A stretch of 64,000 nt of DNA, from assembly GCA_015680685.1 (NCBI GenBank), contig MNCI01000520.1, forward strand, positions 727,731-791,730, in the 5' to 3' direction. Positions 40,321 to 55,100 of this stretch are shown piece after piece; positions within the stretch are counted from its first letter, which is position 1; every line of letters starts with the position of its first letter. The stretch comes from Gnetum montanum (Eukaryota > Plantae > Gnetophyta). The translations under genes and the position numbers were made by a program. Under the pieces are notes generated by a model, which did no database searches, was not told where the DNA came from, and was given only the letters and a program-made list of their open reading frames with translations.

Positions 40321-40960
40321 AACACTTTGAAGATCTATTGGTAACAATAAATAATATTCTATCATAAAGCTTAGGAGAGCCAATAAGTAACACTAAATAA
40401 TATTCCATTCATAATGCCAAAATATTTACTCCAAGGTTATCCACATATTCTATGGTTATGTCTTCATATTACAATGCGTAAGGAATAAAATTCAAAAGGG
40501 AAAAGGAAGCATGCATGGAAAACACCAATCCATGAGAATATAAAAATATTTTACAACATAAGATTTATTAACAAAATTGAAATTCGCTATCCTTCAATAC
40601 AATAGATGAACTAAATTTCTTTGTGGACCTCATCACAAGGATATATAGGCTTGTTATAAAGGCTTTGCCTTCCTAGCTTGGGCCATCAAACGTCTCTTTG
40701 AAGTAGGCCTTAGGGCTAGATGCTTTAGAGGAGTAACACATCTTAGCTCTCTAAGGGAATGGTGTCATGTGTATATGCTTATTCTCTTTCTATGATTGTC
40801 CATATGTGTGTGCATGTATCATGTTGATCCTATCACTTATGTGTTTACTTATCACATTCATTACACTAATAACATCAGACTAATAGGTTGTGTGCACTTA
40901 TGTTGTGCTTGCAGGGTTAGTGAGCTTTTAGGTGTAGCCCATTTTGAGTTCTTCCTCTCT

Positions 40961-41660
40961 TGTAACATCCCATTCCTAGATGTCATGGAAAACATCAAAT
41001 ATACATTATATTAGACATTATGCGTAAGAAGATGATATACCAAACATAAAATATATGTAACATTTGATATTATACATAAAGGGAATAGCAAAGAAGGTGT
41101 GAAAAGAAAAAGAAAAGAATGCGTTATTGATATAGAATATAGTATTTGAATCATGCTTTGAGAGTATTTCTTGGAGTTTTATTTCTTTGGAATCTCTCCC
41201 TTAGAGGCAATCCAACATTTTCGCCATGGTTAGGCCTATTACCCAACTAGAAGGGATGGTTAGTCCACTTCATATCCCACTTCACCTTGCTCTTGTGACT
41301 TGCCTTATTATCTTTGCCACTCCATGCCTAGCACAACCTCTAAGCCTATGTATAAATGTCTTAGGTCAAACCCCCAAAGGTTACCTCATGAGACATGTTT
41401 GTTATTACAACATGCCCTTTCGAGTCTTCATTACAACTACCCATTCAGGTCTTGTTATGATAATAATAATACTTGTTAAGAAGAGGCACCATCTTCATTA
41501 GGTAACAACATCATTTGGAAATGGTGATGTGATAATCTATCCCCCTTAGGTTTTATTCATCCTCGAACAAGTCCACATTCTCTATCTTTTTCCAGCTCCA
41601 ACGTTTTCTTTCATGATCTTGTGCTCCAGTAATTTGATTTCTTCTTTGAACTTGAAGTTG
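40961..41660 (-). mobile_element. Possible chromovirus (Tekay/Del-like) 3' LTR (40961-41534) with PPT and short internal remnant
   Basis: Minus strand TTCGAGGATGAA..TAAGGGGGATAG PPT context and an LTR end GGGATGTTACA. Confidence 0.45.
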
Positions 41661-41949
41661 TTTCTTGGTTATTTTGCAAACAAGATATATGTGAGAATAA
41701 TTATATGGAAAATTAAATATTAATTTATTAATAATTACTTCATTTTCTAAGATAATGACAAGAGGTGAATTAAATATCTACCAACCACTGATCACCAATC
41801 CTAACCAGGGTCACACAAAGTGCAACTTATATCTAGTTACCCAAGTGAAGGTAGGGAAAATTCTTTATTCCAAACTTCCATTACCTTAGATATTTTACTT
41901 ATCTAATTAAAATATAAATTAAATACTATGAACAATAATAAGATGATAA

Positions 41950-42833
41950 ATAAAAGTAGGTGTGAGATACTTCTTGGTCTTGATCAACCTTATGAATTGA
42001 TGGAAGTAATTGCAATTCCACCAAAAGTGATATATGATCAGATGTTCTTGTTTGAGATGAAAAAGCTTGATCTTGATTCTTCTCAACTTCTTCTTTAAAA
42101 ATTAACTCTAGTAACTTAGTAACTTGGAAGAGTTAAACATCGAAACAAATATAATCTAAAGTCTTAATGAAGAATGTTGTTGATCCATCCTCATTAACCA
42201 TAGCAAAGTAATTGGTAAACTGTGGTTCTTGATGAATACTATCCATCAACATACTTTGTTCCTAAATTCTAGAATCTAATTTATTGATTGAAGATTCAAA
42301 GTAAGCAAAATATGCACTAGCCACTAGAATTGCATGTTGAATTGATGGAAACATCTTCTTCAAATCAAGTTCATCTTCCAAAGAGTCCTTTACATATCCA
42401 TATTTTAAGAATTGATAAACACTACTTCCAATTTTTGCATTGAAGTCTCCACAAAGAATAAATGGAATTGAATCATTATATCTCAGAAGTAGCTTATTCT
42501 TCAAAATTTCTTTGATTTTTTTAATCAAGTATGCTCCTTGACATAGTCTAACATATGAACATGTTGATTTGACAATTAAATGCATGTTGACTATGTATAC
42601 ACAGCTTCCTGACTTTTAGAATAATTTCCAAGACTATGTGATTTTTTTAAAATCTTGACTATTATTTCTTTTCCATCTCTTAAAGTTCTTGAATTTCAAA
42701 AATCATATTTTCTAAACTCCATACAAATATTTTTACCAATTCAAACTTGACTTCTTTACAAAGGATCATGCACCCATCCATGTTATGATTTCTACAATAT
42801 GCTAATCTATACACCTCAAAAGAAGAACTTGCA
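41950..42833 (-). pseudogene. Intronless CCR4-family (EEP) deadenylase pseudogene, N-terminus cut off by the LTR at 42834
   Basis: Motifs in order: DGCMIL..KFELVK, VNMHL, IPFILCGDFNA..SSVYQFL..G.V, SAY, EPQFTNY, FIKTLDYI, LLEL, SDHISLLVEL. One frame from 42585 to ~41950 with two stops; frameshifts upstream. Confidence 0.85.
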
Positions 42834-45800
42834 TGATGAGTGGTGAGGTACCCCTACATCCAACCATATGAATCACAAAACGTTCATATGTAATTTGGTC
42901 AAATTCCATGGACCTTATTATTTCTAGTGCACTAGCCCTTTAGGAAGTGAATCTAGCCTTAAGGTCAATCGTTGTCTTCCCAATTACACTTGTGATGTTC
43001 GTTGGTATGGTTAAGTGTAACTAAGGCATTCAATTTTTATCATTGTTATGTTTTATATTTGGGTGCTTGAAATGTAGATAAAATAAATTTGATTGACTAA
43101 TTTAAATTATTTAATTACCTAGCATTTAACTAACCCTACCATAAGCATCTGATCCCACTTTCCATACACATCCTAAACCCACGTATCCATTGCTAGATGA
43201 CCAAGCACTATGCTACTGGGTGTACTAAGCAATAAAACCACTGAGATTACCAAGAGAATACGTGTTATGCTCAAAGAGGCTGTACATATGTGTGTAATCT
43301 ATCTCGCTTAATTACCTCATTAATGTAACAACTAGGAAATATTTAATAACTAATTGAAAGCATTTAATAAATAATTGGAAATTGTAAATGGATAAATAAA
43401 ATAGCTAATCTATCCAAAGTTCTACAAGGTTTATAAAAAATCTCATCTTTATTGCCACATAGACTATTGTGCTCAAGTATAATAATGCTCGAATAAAGAT
43501 CCGAACACTCAATAAGTCCTATTGTGGGTACTTGGGGAAAAATTCTAACTTTTGAATGGAAAAATTGCAAGATCTTTGCTAAAACTACAATCTACTTATG
43601 CCATAAATGCGGCTGCAAGCATGTATTTATAGTTGACACATGACACTACATCGATGGGGCCTTATCGACACATGGTAAGATGTATTGACTAGGCTAGGTT
43701 AATGAGGCTCAATTGATGAGGCCTCGTTGATGCAGCCAACTTAACATGAGTCATCATACCCCCATGAATAAATGAAACTCATCCTCAAGTTCTGTTAAAA
43801 AATTGGGAAGGTATGAGATTATTCATTGACTTTTCTTCACATAAAATGGACTGACTAACTTGACAAAAAATGGAGTGTATGGATCAACATATTACAAAAA
43901 AAATGAAGGTTTTCAGAACATAAAATTGAACACCATGATTCAACTCTTCAAAATTAGACAACATGTTCCTTGATGATCTGAAGCTTTTCAGAGAAGATCA
44001 AACTATCCTAACTCATGGTGGTTCCTAAGGCTCTAAGGAACCTTCACCAACTTCATGCACTAGCAGTGGTTGAGGTATCTATGGTTGTTCTACTACCGCT
44101 AAAACTTTAGGTAGGAGGCAGAAAGCATCCAATAGTGCTTTCATTTTCTCCTCCTTACTTCTAAGACCATGCACCATTCATGTAGCTTCCCCAATGTGGA
44201 TTGGAATGAACACACCCCAAGGACATGGGATTTCTGAAAATAACTCCTTGGTGTCGGCAAACTAGGAGACAAAATGCTTGTATTCACTGTCAAATTCTCT
44301 CACTGTATTCTTTAGCTCCTAGTTGTCATTCATCCATCTGGGTAGGTTCTCAGTAATAGATCATTAATCTCTAAATCACCCCCTAAGAACTTCAAGTTTA
44401 GTGTTAGTAGTCTCAAGATTTTATTTAGTGTCCTTGTGGTGTTTGAACTTGGCCTTGTATAGTAGATACAGGCTAGCCACTTATTTTTCTAACTTTGAAA
44501 ATAGCCATTTGGTAGTCAACATTACCAAGTTTGCATAACGAAAATTGACCAACTCCATGTACTTTTTCATCTTCTCAATTTGCAACTCCTTCAAGTGGAT
44601 ATTTTCTTTGTTGTAGATATCAATCCCATCAAGGATGGACTACCACATCTCTCTTGCTTGCTAGAGTTACTAGAGGGCTTTATTCATTTTTACCTTTGCC
44701 ATCTGGATTTTTTTTCAATCACTTCCTTTTGCAAACTAACCTAGTCCTTGTAGTGATTTTTCACTTTCTCAAATTTAAGTGCTTTGTGATTCTAGGTGAC
44801 AACCTTGATTGTATAATTTTGACATAAGATGCTTACCTTCTCCATTAATAGATTGTACTTTTCCATGTCTAATTTCCTCAATTTATTGTTTACCCTAGAA
44901 AGTTACTCCTGCTATTGATGAATGAATTCTTGCATTTGATCTTTTTGAGAATAAAAATTTTGTTGGTAATGATTTTGTGTGGTTAATGCTTCATTCTCTT
45001 GGCACATCTAATTCAAGTCCTTTTTGATTGAGTATGTTTTAGCTTCAGCTATGGACTATTTAAAGATGGACATCATTGCCTCCTCCTCACCCTTTTGAAA
45101 TTGTTCTTGAAGTTCTTTGATAGCTTCATCTCTTTTTGCTGATAGGCTAAAGATTACTTGTTCTATATGTTAGGCACAAAGTTCAGCAACCTCAATGACC
45201 AAGTGTTGATTTTGTTCTTGGGTCATTGCTAGTTGCCCCTCCAAAATAATACATCTATTCCTTGCATTTAGCAGCTCTGACTAGGTTGTAGTGATGTTCT
45301 CTAGAAGATCAAAAATGTTTGGAGTCATTTTCTTAGTTCCTACTAGTCATTCCAACAACTATTTGTGCTAGGCTATGTTCAATTTCTTGCTAACCATGCC
45401 TATGGACATTTTTACATCTTGAAGTGTAGATACATCTAGTACAGACATTGCAAGTGTGTTCAATGCTTCTACTACATGGTTAGCAACCACTTCTACTAGT
45501 ATCTCTTGTCCTTGGTGCTACATCACCAAGACAATTGCCTCTTCACCTTTCTACAACCTCACTAAGAAAGTGGTAGCATTCCCAAAGATTTTTTGGAATA
45601 GATGATGTGTTGCTAGTGACACCATCACCTCTCAAGCATTGGGATCCAACCTTGAAGGTACCTGTGTTCCTTAGGCAGAGAAAATGGGACATCCCTCTCC
45701 ATCTAGCTAACTATTCGGGCCACCTCATTAAGGTGACTCATTACTAGCTGATACACAAATGGACCCATTTCACTTGTTCATGCATGTTGCTCTTGTTCAC

Positions 45801-48010
45801 TCAAGAGCTATTTTCAAATTTTATGTAGACACTCAATGGTTGCATGGGACTCCGGTATTATTTCCTAAGTGGATGGTGGTAGCAGAAACTCCTCTTCTTG
45901 GATTGTTATTGGCATTTTATCCTTCATGATTTCTAACCATGAGGCTAAGGGAGCATGCCTGAGAGTGTCATTGGAATAGCAAAAAATGCTTTCCCTTTTA
46001 CAAAGTTTTCTAATGAGGCAAAGAAAGGGTAGGGTCTTCCTTCCACATTCATTTTCTTTGAAACATTTTTCAATCTCCAAGTATAGTAGTTGTGAAAGGT
46101 TAATGGGGAACTTCTTGCTTAGAGCGGTGCATGCTTGGGTAGAGAAAGTAGTCACCTTGCTTAGCCTTACTATTGGATTGAGGTGATATGCTACAATCTT
46201 GAAATAAATCTATTTCATTGGTGTGAGTGCACCATAATCCTTACGGTTGACATATGACATCATTGGGTCCACTCCCTCTTAGTCTCAGGATCATATTTTG
46301 TAGAAAATTTAGCTAGTTTTATTTCTATGTTAGGAAACCCAATTTCCTGTGCAATAGATTTTCCTGAGTAGGACACTTGAATGTCCTTGATCTTGACAAT
46401 GGATCCCAACCTTTGGCTACACTAGAAGAGATAGGTCTCTCCCATGTACCATTCCCCACTAGATGTGGTGACTAGCCACATAGGAGAGATCTGTAGTTGT
46501 GTATTGACATCCTCTTGAGCTTACTCCAAAGATAGTCCAAAGTTGATCTCTTGAAGAACCAATCTTTGAATGTCTTAAGATCGAATGATGTCTAGGTAGG
46601 CTTGAGTCAAAGTGACCTTAAGCCTTGGTATGGGTTCAGGCACTTCTCCTCTTTATGATTATTCAATTAGCACTTCTTCCTCTAGAATTTGTTTGATAGA
46701 TTCCACTTCAAGATCCTCCTAAAGTGGTCTTGTTGCATGGGTTACCTTTGGTAGTTCTTAGCCTTATTTTTGCTAGCCCCTTCTAGCTCTAGGTCATTTC
46801 TCCTGTGGTTGTGAGGTTTCTCCTTCCTGCAGATGTTTCTATTTTGATGTCATTTGTAATCACAATAAGACCATGGGTTAGCAACCATTATGTAGCCTTA
46901 AAGCAATTAGGATACCTTATCTCTTAAGCATAGTTACACTTGGCTAAGCTATGGTTGTGGTTAATTTAATTAACTCAGTTATCATTTAGTTTACGTGTTA
47001 TTATGAATAATTCATTCTGGAGGTTGTTGGACAAGTTAATTTGTAAAAAAATTAATGTTTATATGTGGCTAAGGTTATTAACCCTTGGGGAAGTTAGGAA
47101 AATTTCCAAAAAAAATTATCAATTTGTCATTGGAAACCTTAAGGTTTGTGGCCCCCATGATAAAGATCTTACCTTCGGTAAGTTCAAGATTGAAAAGTAG
47201 AGTGATTTGAACAAATGGTTGGGAAGTTATGAGCTTTGGAAAGTTTTGGGCTCTGAAAAATTTAAAACTCCCTGTGTGTTATGAAAAATTTGTAAAAAAT
47301 TCCTAAGTGCTAGGTAGTATATATAGAATCTAAACACTGCATTGATGAGGCCTAGTCAATGAGGCCTCATTGATGTGGTCGGTTGCATTGATGAGGCCTC
47401 GTTGACGTAGCCAATGACCACCATTGACTTGGTCAAACTTCTAAAATACAAGGAATGTTTAGATGAAATTGGGATCAAATGAAAGCTCAGAAGACCAATA
47501 ATATTATGAAAACATGAGAATAGGGTGTTGAAGCTCATAAATTTGAAAAAAAAAATTTGGAGAAAAATTGATTTAGTGGATAAATGAAATCAAAGATTAA
47601 AGAGTACTGAGTGATTTATGTAATGGAAAATGTGAAAGATCAAGTTGTGGCAATGTCAAAGGAAAGGAATATTAATGAATCAAGCCAAAAGTGATGCAAG
47701 TGACTCCTTCCCATAGCAGGCTCATGCCCTTTTTACCCTTGCATAACCTCAACTAAGAAGTCCATGGGCTCCATAGTCAATTTAATGATCATGACAAGTT
47801 AAAGACCAACCTGAAAGAATCTACTCAAGAATCCCAACACATTAGACCAAGACATGGAACATAACATAGAACATGGCAATGAGGTGAGTTATGCTAGCAT
47901 GGATGGATAATAGAGAAGGTGGAATGGAGTTCTCAATTAAGGTCATAAGAACTACCTTATGGAATTTGTGATTAAAATGCCCTGAGAAGTTCCATCCTTA
48001 GTCTACATCA
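42834..48010 (-). mobile_element. Athila-like element D, 3' part (3' LTR, PPT, env-like ORF)
   Basis: LTR 42834-43756 with TGATGAG...TCATCA termini; PPT context TACCCCCA shared with C; 47690-47780 resembles 19410-19480 of C. Confidence 0.85.
43950..46853 (-). pseudogene. Athila env-like / plant transposon protein ORF with long coiled-coil C-terminus
   Basis: KFPINLSQLLYLEIEKC..KTLPFLCLIRKLC (ORF 45865-46155) matches the INVG..I..EI..C...LPFP.LIT.LC pattern of Athila ORF2-type proteins; K/E/Q-rich downstream. Confidence 0.7.
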
Positions 48011-48559
48011 AAACTATCCACTATGCTATGTTGTTTACATTTTATGCCCACTGTTTACATTTTAAGACATCCGTTATGATAACCCCAGCACAAGCCATAG
48101 TTTACGCTCGGGGAAGTCCTTGGTTGATTTACGTGCAAACCATCCAAGGCATTATGCCTTCGTTCCCTTTTCCAGCTTGCCCTCAAGCGAAGGCAGGGAT
48201 AGCTATGCCTACCTGATGATGTTTTGGTGTTTTTTTTCCCTTCCAGCCTTACACTGATGATTTAGGTCAATATAGACATGACATACACATTATGATGTAG
48301 TAGCCCTCTTTAGCTTGCCCTTCATGGCATCATTGCACCCATTCAGGCATCATTGCCCATAGCAATTGAATCATCTCAACCATACATCCACGCAGGGCCC
48401 ATCCTAGGCCCCAAGTGACTCAAGCATCCTATGTCTTGCTTGTTTTGTTAGTACCCTTTGCATTGGTCCAACCTTTGCATGCATTTCCTACCCCAATCAT
48501 CATCCCTACAACATCGCCCATACATGAAGTACATTCTACAATTTCACAACCCATAACAA

Positions 48560-51450
48560 GATCATGAACCATACAACTAGGCCAACAGGAAATCATACAA
48601 CTAGCATAGTTGGCTGGAACATCTCAAAACTTAGACCAAGTGTTCCAGATGATCCAAAGATTGAAAGAAGAGGTGAAGCAACTCAAGGATACCTCCTGTG
48701 AAACTATAAAAGTGGTGGACTTTTACCAAGATGACCCTATAAGTCCTATGGTCCCAACTCTAACTCTTCTAGTTGGGGTCCCATTACCTTAATTCACCAA
48801 ATACAACAACAAAGGGGACCCCAATGCACATCTGGTTGCATTTAGATCAAAGTATTTGCTATTGCAAGCATGGCTGCATGCCATCATATGTGTGTTTGCC
48901 ATGTCACTTATTAGAAAAGTGCTAGATTGATACCATGCATTTTCTAGAAGCTTTATCTCCTCTTTGGAGGACCTTCTGAGCTAATTTGTAACATGCTTCA
49001 AATACAATTTGAAGCTAGAAAAAACTTTGAACCAGTTGATGCAAATCAAGCAAGGCCACCTAAAGCTCATGGAAAAGTTCATTCAGCATTGGAGTGCCTT
49101 ATTGAATGAAACACAAGTTTCGATAGTCGAAGCTCACCTCCTAGACATCTTTAAGGGCATGGTCAATGACTTCATAAAGTCAAAATTGTATTACTTGGGC
49201 TTTCAGTCTCTAAGCCAAGCCTTTGCCCAAACCAAGGGCATACAAGATGGGATAGAAGCCAATAAGGACCTAGCCTATGTAGCGTACAAAAACTAGTATG
49301 CAAGGAGGGACAAGGATAAGGGAAAGTAGAATGCAATGGTGGCAACTATGGCCAAAGAGGCCAAATCAACCAACCCAAGGCCAATGGCTAGGAGTCCAAA
49401 GCCCCAGCTAACAACAAAGTCATTGACCTTAGCACTAGGACAACCAACTAGCCTACATCCTCAGTGGCCATAGTGTAAGCTATTCCAAGGCCTAAGTTTG
49501 AGTGCAAGGATTACTCTAAGTACACCCCATTACCATTAAAACCATTCAAGTTGCTATATCAATTGTTAAAATCTAGACACATCTAGTACAAGAAAATGTA
49601 TGAGGATGCTCATTAAAAACATGATAGATATTGCAAGATACTAAGGAATCCTGTGTCAATAGCACCAAATTAGCCCCTAGTCTAAAGGCATTTTAGGTTA
49701 GACCAATTTTTCCACTACCACTAGTTTCTTGGCCACAACACTAATTTTGCATAGCCTTGTGGGATGATATATAAAGGATTATTGACAGAGGTGAGCTGGT
49801 ACTTAACACTACTAACCTAGTTAGGCCTCAAAAATAGTCTATGAGGGTGTACAATGACCCTCTAAATATAGATGAAACTAGCTATGTCATAAATGCTATT
49901 AGCATTGATGACAACCTAGAATCAATGTAGCAATCATTCATGGTCTGGGTGTCCTCTAGTAGCACAAGGATCCCCTTAGCCCCTACAGGTTTGAGGCCCC
50001 CCTTCATTGTTAGAGTGCCACCTTAAGCATCCATAATGCCCTTCGTAGTTAGGGTCCCCTTACAAGTTGCATCAACAATGGTTCAACCACCTTTTATCAT
50101 CTAAGTGCCACAACATGCTAGCCCCTCACTTGCCCAAAACCTAGTAGTGGCCAATGCATCGATTCCTTTCTTTTCAATGGACAACCTCACTATAAACACT
50201 AGTAGGCCCTCAAGGTGGTAACACATGAGACCTAATGAGTGTATTGTAGACAAGATGATTAAGCAATATCAAGACCAAAGAGCGCTAGGTCTACCAAAGT
50301 TGGTTCTCATATCTATGGTCTGCATGTTCAAGGCAATTGAAGAGGCTACAATGAGCAAATTGCAAGGGACAACTAAGGCCCCTAAACAAACTAGGCAAAT
50401 GAAGCGTAAGTTACCTTCATGAGAGATCTATCTCTTAGGCCACATGGAGAAGGTCAAGGCCACTAAAAACATGGCTAATGACAAAGACTTCGTGGATGCA
50501 TTAGCCCAAGTCAAATAAGTGCTAAAATAAAAGAACACAACATTGAGCCTGTATGACTTAATAATGATCTTATCTGCCCACTATGAAGCATTGGTGTAGA
50601 TGTTAACCTCCATTCCTATCATAGAGGTCATCCTTGCAGATGAGAACTCCATCCATGTAGTGATGTTGCCTCTTGCACCACAAGAATCGAGTTCCACATC
50701 CATATCATTTTGTGATGAAGTAATTAGGTTAATCTTGAGAGGGGCGAGGTCATAATAGTTTGCATGTTCATCACCATATGTGTTAGGCAATGTAAGATTT
50801 GTAGAGTGCATGTTGATGATGGAGTAGCAAAAAATGTAATACTATACACCATTGTGGATAAGCTAGGCCTCATAGACCAAATCAAGTTAACAAAAACCAC
50901 ATGCTTGAAATCCTTCAATGGGTCGCACATCATCATTAGGAGCACTATCACCATATCCTTTGTAGTAGGGGAGCAATTCTCCACCATTGCTGAATTGATT
51001 ATTGTAGAGGAGATGCTGGGCTTTAACTTAATATTGGGTAGACCTTGGCTGGCCCAATTACAAGCCATCTCCTCTCTGATTCATGAAGAAATTCACCTCC
51101 TATATGAAGGTGGCGAAGTTATCATCCATGATGATAATGCCACCCTTTTGGCCATCAACAACATAGATATAGAGCAAAGGTTAGAAGTTGAATTTTCTAA
51201 TGATGCACTTGTGGTAGACAATGAAACACATGATGTTGACCCCCCCCCCCCCCCCCCCCAAAAAAAAGACAAAAGAAGCTAATGACCTCATAGAGGATGC
51301 CCTTTAGGTAGAATTTCCCTTTGACATAGTGAGTGAAGGTGAAGGAGACTACTAGATTGTGCAATCTAGACCCTACATGCTTCCTAACCTACATCAGGTT
51401 AGGAAGTAACTACACAACTAAGGTATCCACTTAGCCCAAAATGTGCTAGG
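48560..51450 (+). pseudogene. gag: gag-protease of B2
   Basis: FTKYNNKGDPNAHL..F; LMQIKQG..FIQHW gag motifs; CRVHVDDGVAKNVI..FNLILGRPWL protease. Confidence 0.9.
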
Positions 51451-52149
51451 TACCTACCTACTATCTACTTTTGTGCGTCATGTATTTTACCTTTTTGCTT
51501 ATGTCATATTTGTTTTGCTTAGATTAACATTATCTTCTACTTATTACACATCAATTTACTTTGTTTACACATATATTCACTTTTTTTATGCATTTGTCTA
51601 CTTTGATTAGTTTACACTCTCACAGTTATTAGGTTAATGCATGAAAAACCTCAAAGTGCATAAAAATCATAAAAGCCAAAAGGACAAAAAGAGAGATAGT
51701 AGTACCTAGCCCACTATGGCCTTAAATTGGTGACACTATAGCCTAGAATGACATAAATCTATCACTTTTAGTCCCCTTGTTGGGCTTAGTCCCCTTGCTA
51801 TGGCCCAAAATGGCCTAAAACTATCACTATCACCTTGACTCAAAATGACCTAAAACTAGTAAATGCATGGCCTGAAGTGCCAAAAAACTAGCATTGACCC
51901 TCTTGCTATGGTCTTAAACTAGCATGGGACCCATTAAGTCTTTAAACTAACAATAGACTCACTATGTCTTGCAATGGCCTAGTATCATTGTAGCTTGTGA
52001 TGTCCCATACTCACATAAAATCATCAGATAGAGGTAAAATTTTACATATTACATTTAGCAAATAATCATTCATAGAAAATGTAATATGAATACCAATACA
52101 TAGCATGAATAGCATCACATAGCAAAAAAGCCTAGTGGGAGGTATATTT

Positions 52150-55100
52150 GGTCATGCTCAACTAGTAGCGCTAGGTGGGGGTGGAGGTTTTGATTCCTCT
52201 ACCAGGTTGTTGGGGCCTGCAACATTGCTTAGTACTGGCCACAACCATTGAAAAATACGTGTGATTAGTAAGAAAAAATATAGTATACAACCTAACTCAA
52301 AACATAAATAGCATAAAAAAACTAACATAGCAGAAACTAACCTAGGAGGGTCTTGCATCGATGAGTTCTAGAGGTAACTTTCTAAGGCCAACCTCCAAGC
52401 ACCGGAGAATCTTGACTTCAAAAAGTTGCATCTAGTCTTCCTAGTCAAAGTCAATACCCACAAGGGTCTTGTCTTTGTCCATGGTGGTCCATGCATGTGG
52501 CTCCATGGAAAATGTAGCAGAGAGCCCTCTTTGGAGGGGGTGATGATCTACCTCATGGGAGAGTCACTCCCAACTGTACTCTACACAAACAAGTCATATG
52601 CTTGCTTTCCACCGATCACCTCAAGAAACATCTCAAGGTAGCAACATTTGGTAGATTCCACCTTGTACCATTGTAAGTACACATTGTGCTCTCACTTGTA
52701 TTGATGTTTATGATTTTTCTGCACCTATCCCCATCAATAAACCTTTGTACTATAATTCTTCTAATCTTGGCTCTTCTAAGTAAGTAAATCCATCTAGAGT
52801 TATTGCTCTACCAGCTCTCATGTGACCTCATTCTTACATCTAAGAGCCCTCCAATACCTGGTGTACTCAATCTCAGAGGTACACTAGATGCCATCTCCCC
52901 ACAATTTAGTTGCTTTCAAGTCATATTTGGATTGAAGATTCTTGATCTTCTCATCTTGGCTAGTAACCCTCTCCTACAGTTGATGCATATGTTTCCATAG
53001 GTGCTCATTTGAGCACCTACAAACCCACAATGCCTTGGCATAGAAAAGCATGCACTTGTTTGATGTCTTTTACATGTGATAAGGAACTTGATTAACTTTA
53101 GGAGGAAGGTTGGGCAAAGCGTCCACCTTGGCCACCTTGCTTGAGTCCCACTGTAGCTTAGGAACTATAGGAATTGCACACACATGAGCATCTAAGAAAT
53201 GAGTAATGAGAAAGATAGCACAAGGAAAAGTAGCATTGCACACATACTGAGCTTAGGGTCTACTTGTCGCAAGCAATCCACCATGTCCTCAACAACACCT
53301 TCCATGAAGGTGAATTTATTCAGCATATCTACCCATGGCTCCATGTGATAGGTAGATGTGGGACTGCTAGCAGGAATATCTAATACTATAATACAATAAT
53401 GTAATTAGCATATGGCCTAATAGCTAAATATACTAGAGCAAATAAGGGAAGATAGATGGAAATACAAGTTGATTACCTAGCATGCCCTCAGGCATGAGTG
53501 AAAGAGGCTCACCTAGTTGTGTATCATCAAAAAAAGTGTCAAATCATCCTTGTCAGGGTGGAGTAACCCCTCTTCCTCCAACTATCAAAGGATCTTTGCC
53601 ACATCATGAAGCTCATCTCCATGAGCCACCTCCTCCTCCTTAGCCTGAAGAGGTGCTTCCTCTATTGCTACCTTGGCTGTTGCTCTTGCAACCCTCTCTT
53701 CTTTTTCTACAATTAACACATATACCTGTATAGTGCGTCATTATGTATAGTACATCATTAGATAATTAATAGTATGACACAAAATAAAAACATAATAATA
53801 ATAATAATATGAATGTAACTAAGGCATCTAAGAAGCTACACATACTAATTTGCAACATCTGCTTGTAGGCTTTGTAGCTTGATGCAGATACTTTTGCTAC
53901 TTGGCTTCTTGATCTTAGGGGCAACTTTCTCTTTAAGATCTAGCCTCTTAATCTTGGCCTTAGATGATCCCACCATCTCTGCTATGTAGCGATCTATCTT
54001 GCTCATGTCCCTAGTGCCAACTAGATGATCCTTGCCTATACTATCATATGAATAATGTGAGTGCCCCATGAGACCCTTGGTTGTTATTAATAATGACTCA
54101 TCAATCCCCTCTGGGGGGTCCTGCATGCATGTGGTTGAGAGCATATGCTTTATTCATGGCTTTGATAGCTACTCATAGTCCTACACTATGTATCATCCAT
54201 CATCTTGCATGACCAAAAGTTCCATGAACCTTCATAGGTACCTTGCAAAGAATGCAAAATGGACATGGGACCTTGCCTAGAGGTTGAATTGAAGCCTAGA
54301 AATCTCTACATGCAAGCTGGTGGCTATGTATGCGGCCCAGTTGAACCTCATATCCTCTAGCAGCACCTCCTTCATCACCCATGTCTATTCCACTCATAGG
54401 ATCTTTCCTTAGGAAAGTAGCTTTGGAAAGGCATGATCACAAAATAGAAGGTAGAGCTCTCGCACCTCAAGCACTAGCACATCTTTGATTGGTATGTCTT
54501 TATGAGATCGAGTGGCCTCCAACTAGTGCTTGATCTTTCCTCTATGGTCCACCTCCCTACTAGCCTTATCGACAATCATCGAACCATTATTAAGGATGCA
54601 AAAGAGATCAATAAAGAAGGCTTCACTAAGGTGTAGCACTACTGTCATGCTGCACACCTAGGTGACAAACTACTTGACATCGCTGCTAAAGGAGTCAATG
54701 ATGGTGACCATTTTAGCCACTAGGATACTTGGGCTAAGGGCCAAGAAGAGGTCCATTATCTCAACATGTGTGAGCCAAGTTGTCAACACATCTAGCACTT
54801 TGTGGCATAGCCAATGTTCTGCATCCTTCACGTCCCCATATTTCATGATAAGGGTGGCCTCTATGTGACCTGTTGTGACCACCATTACCTTAATTGAGGT
54901 AATTGTAACTGCAACACATAGTAAAACAATGTTATCATCATGCAAATAAGGCAAACTAAAAGGCATACACAAGCAAGCACATGAGCCAACACATGGATAC
55001 ACACATGGTACGAATGGAGTGTGAGATGGGGGTGATGCTGCAAACACCTCCTCGGTGTTAATCTCACTAGAAGCCCACTCCTCATCCAACCATCCATGGA

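Noticed and set aside
42262-42585. LINE APE endonuclease
   Set aside because: Shares GDFN and SDH, but the SVYQFL, SAY, EP.FTNY and TLDYI motifs are CCR4-type and no RT follows
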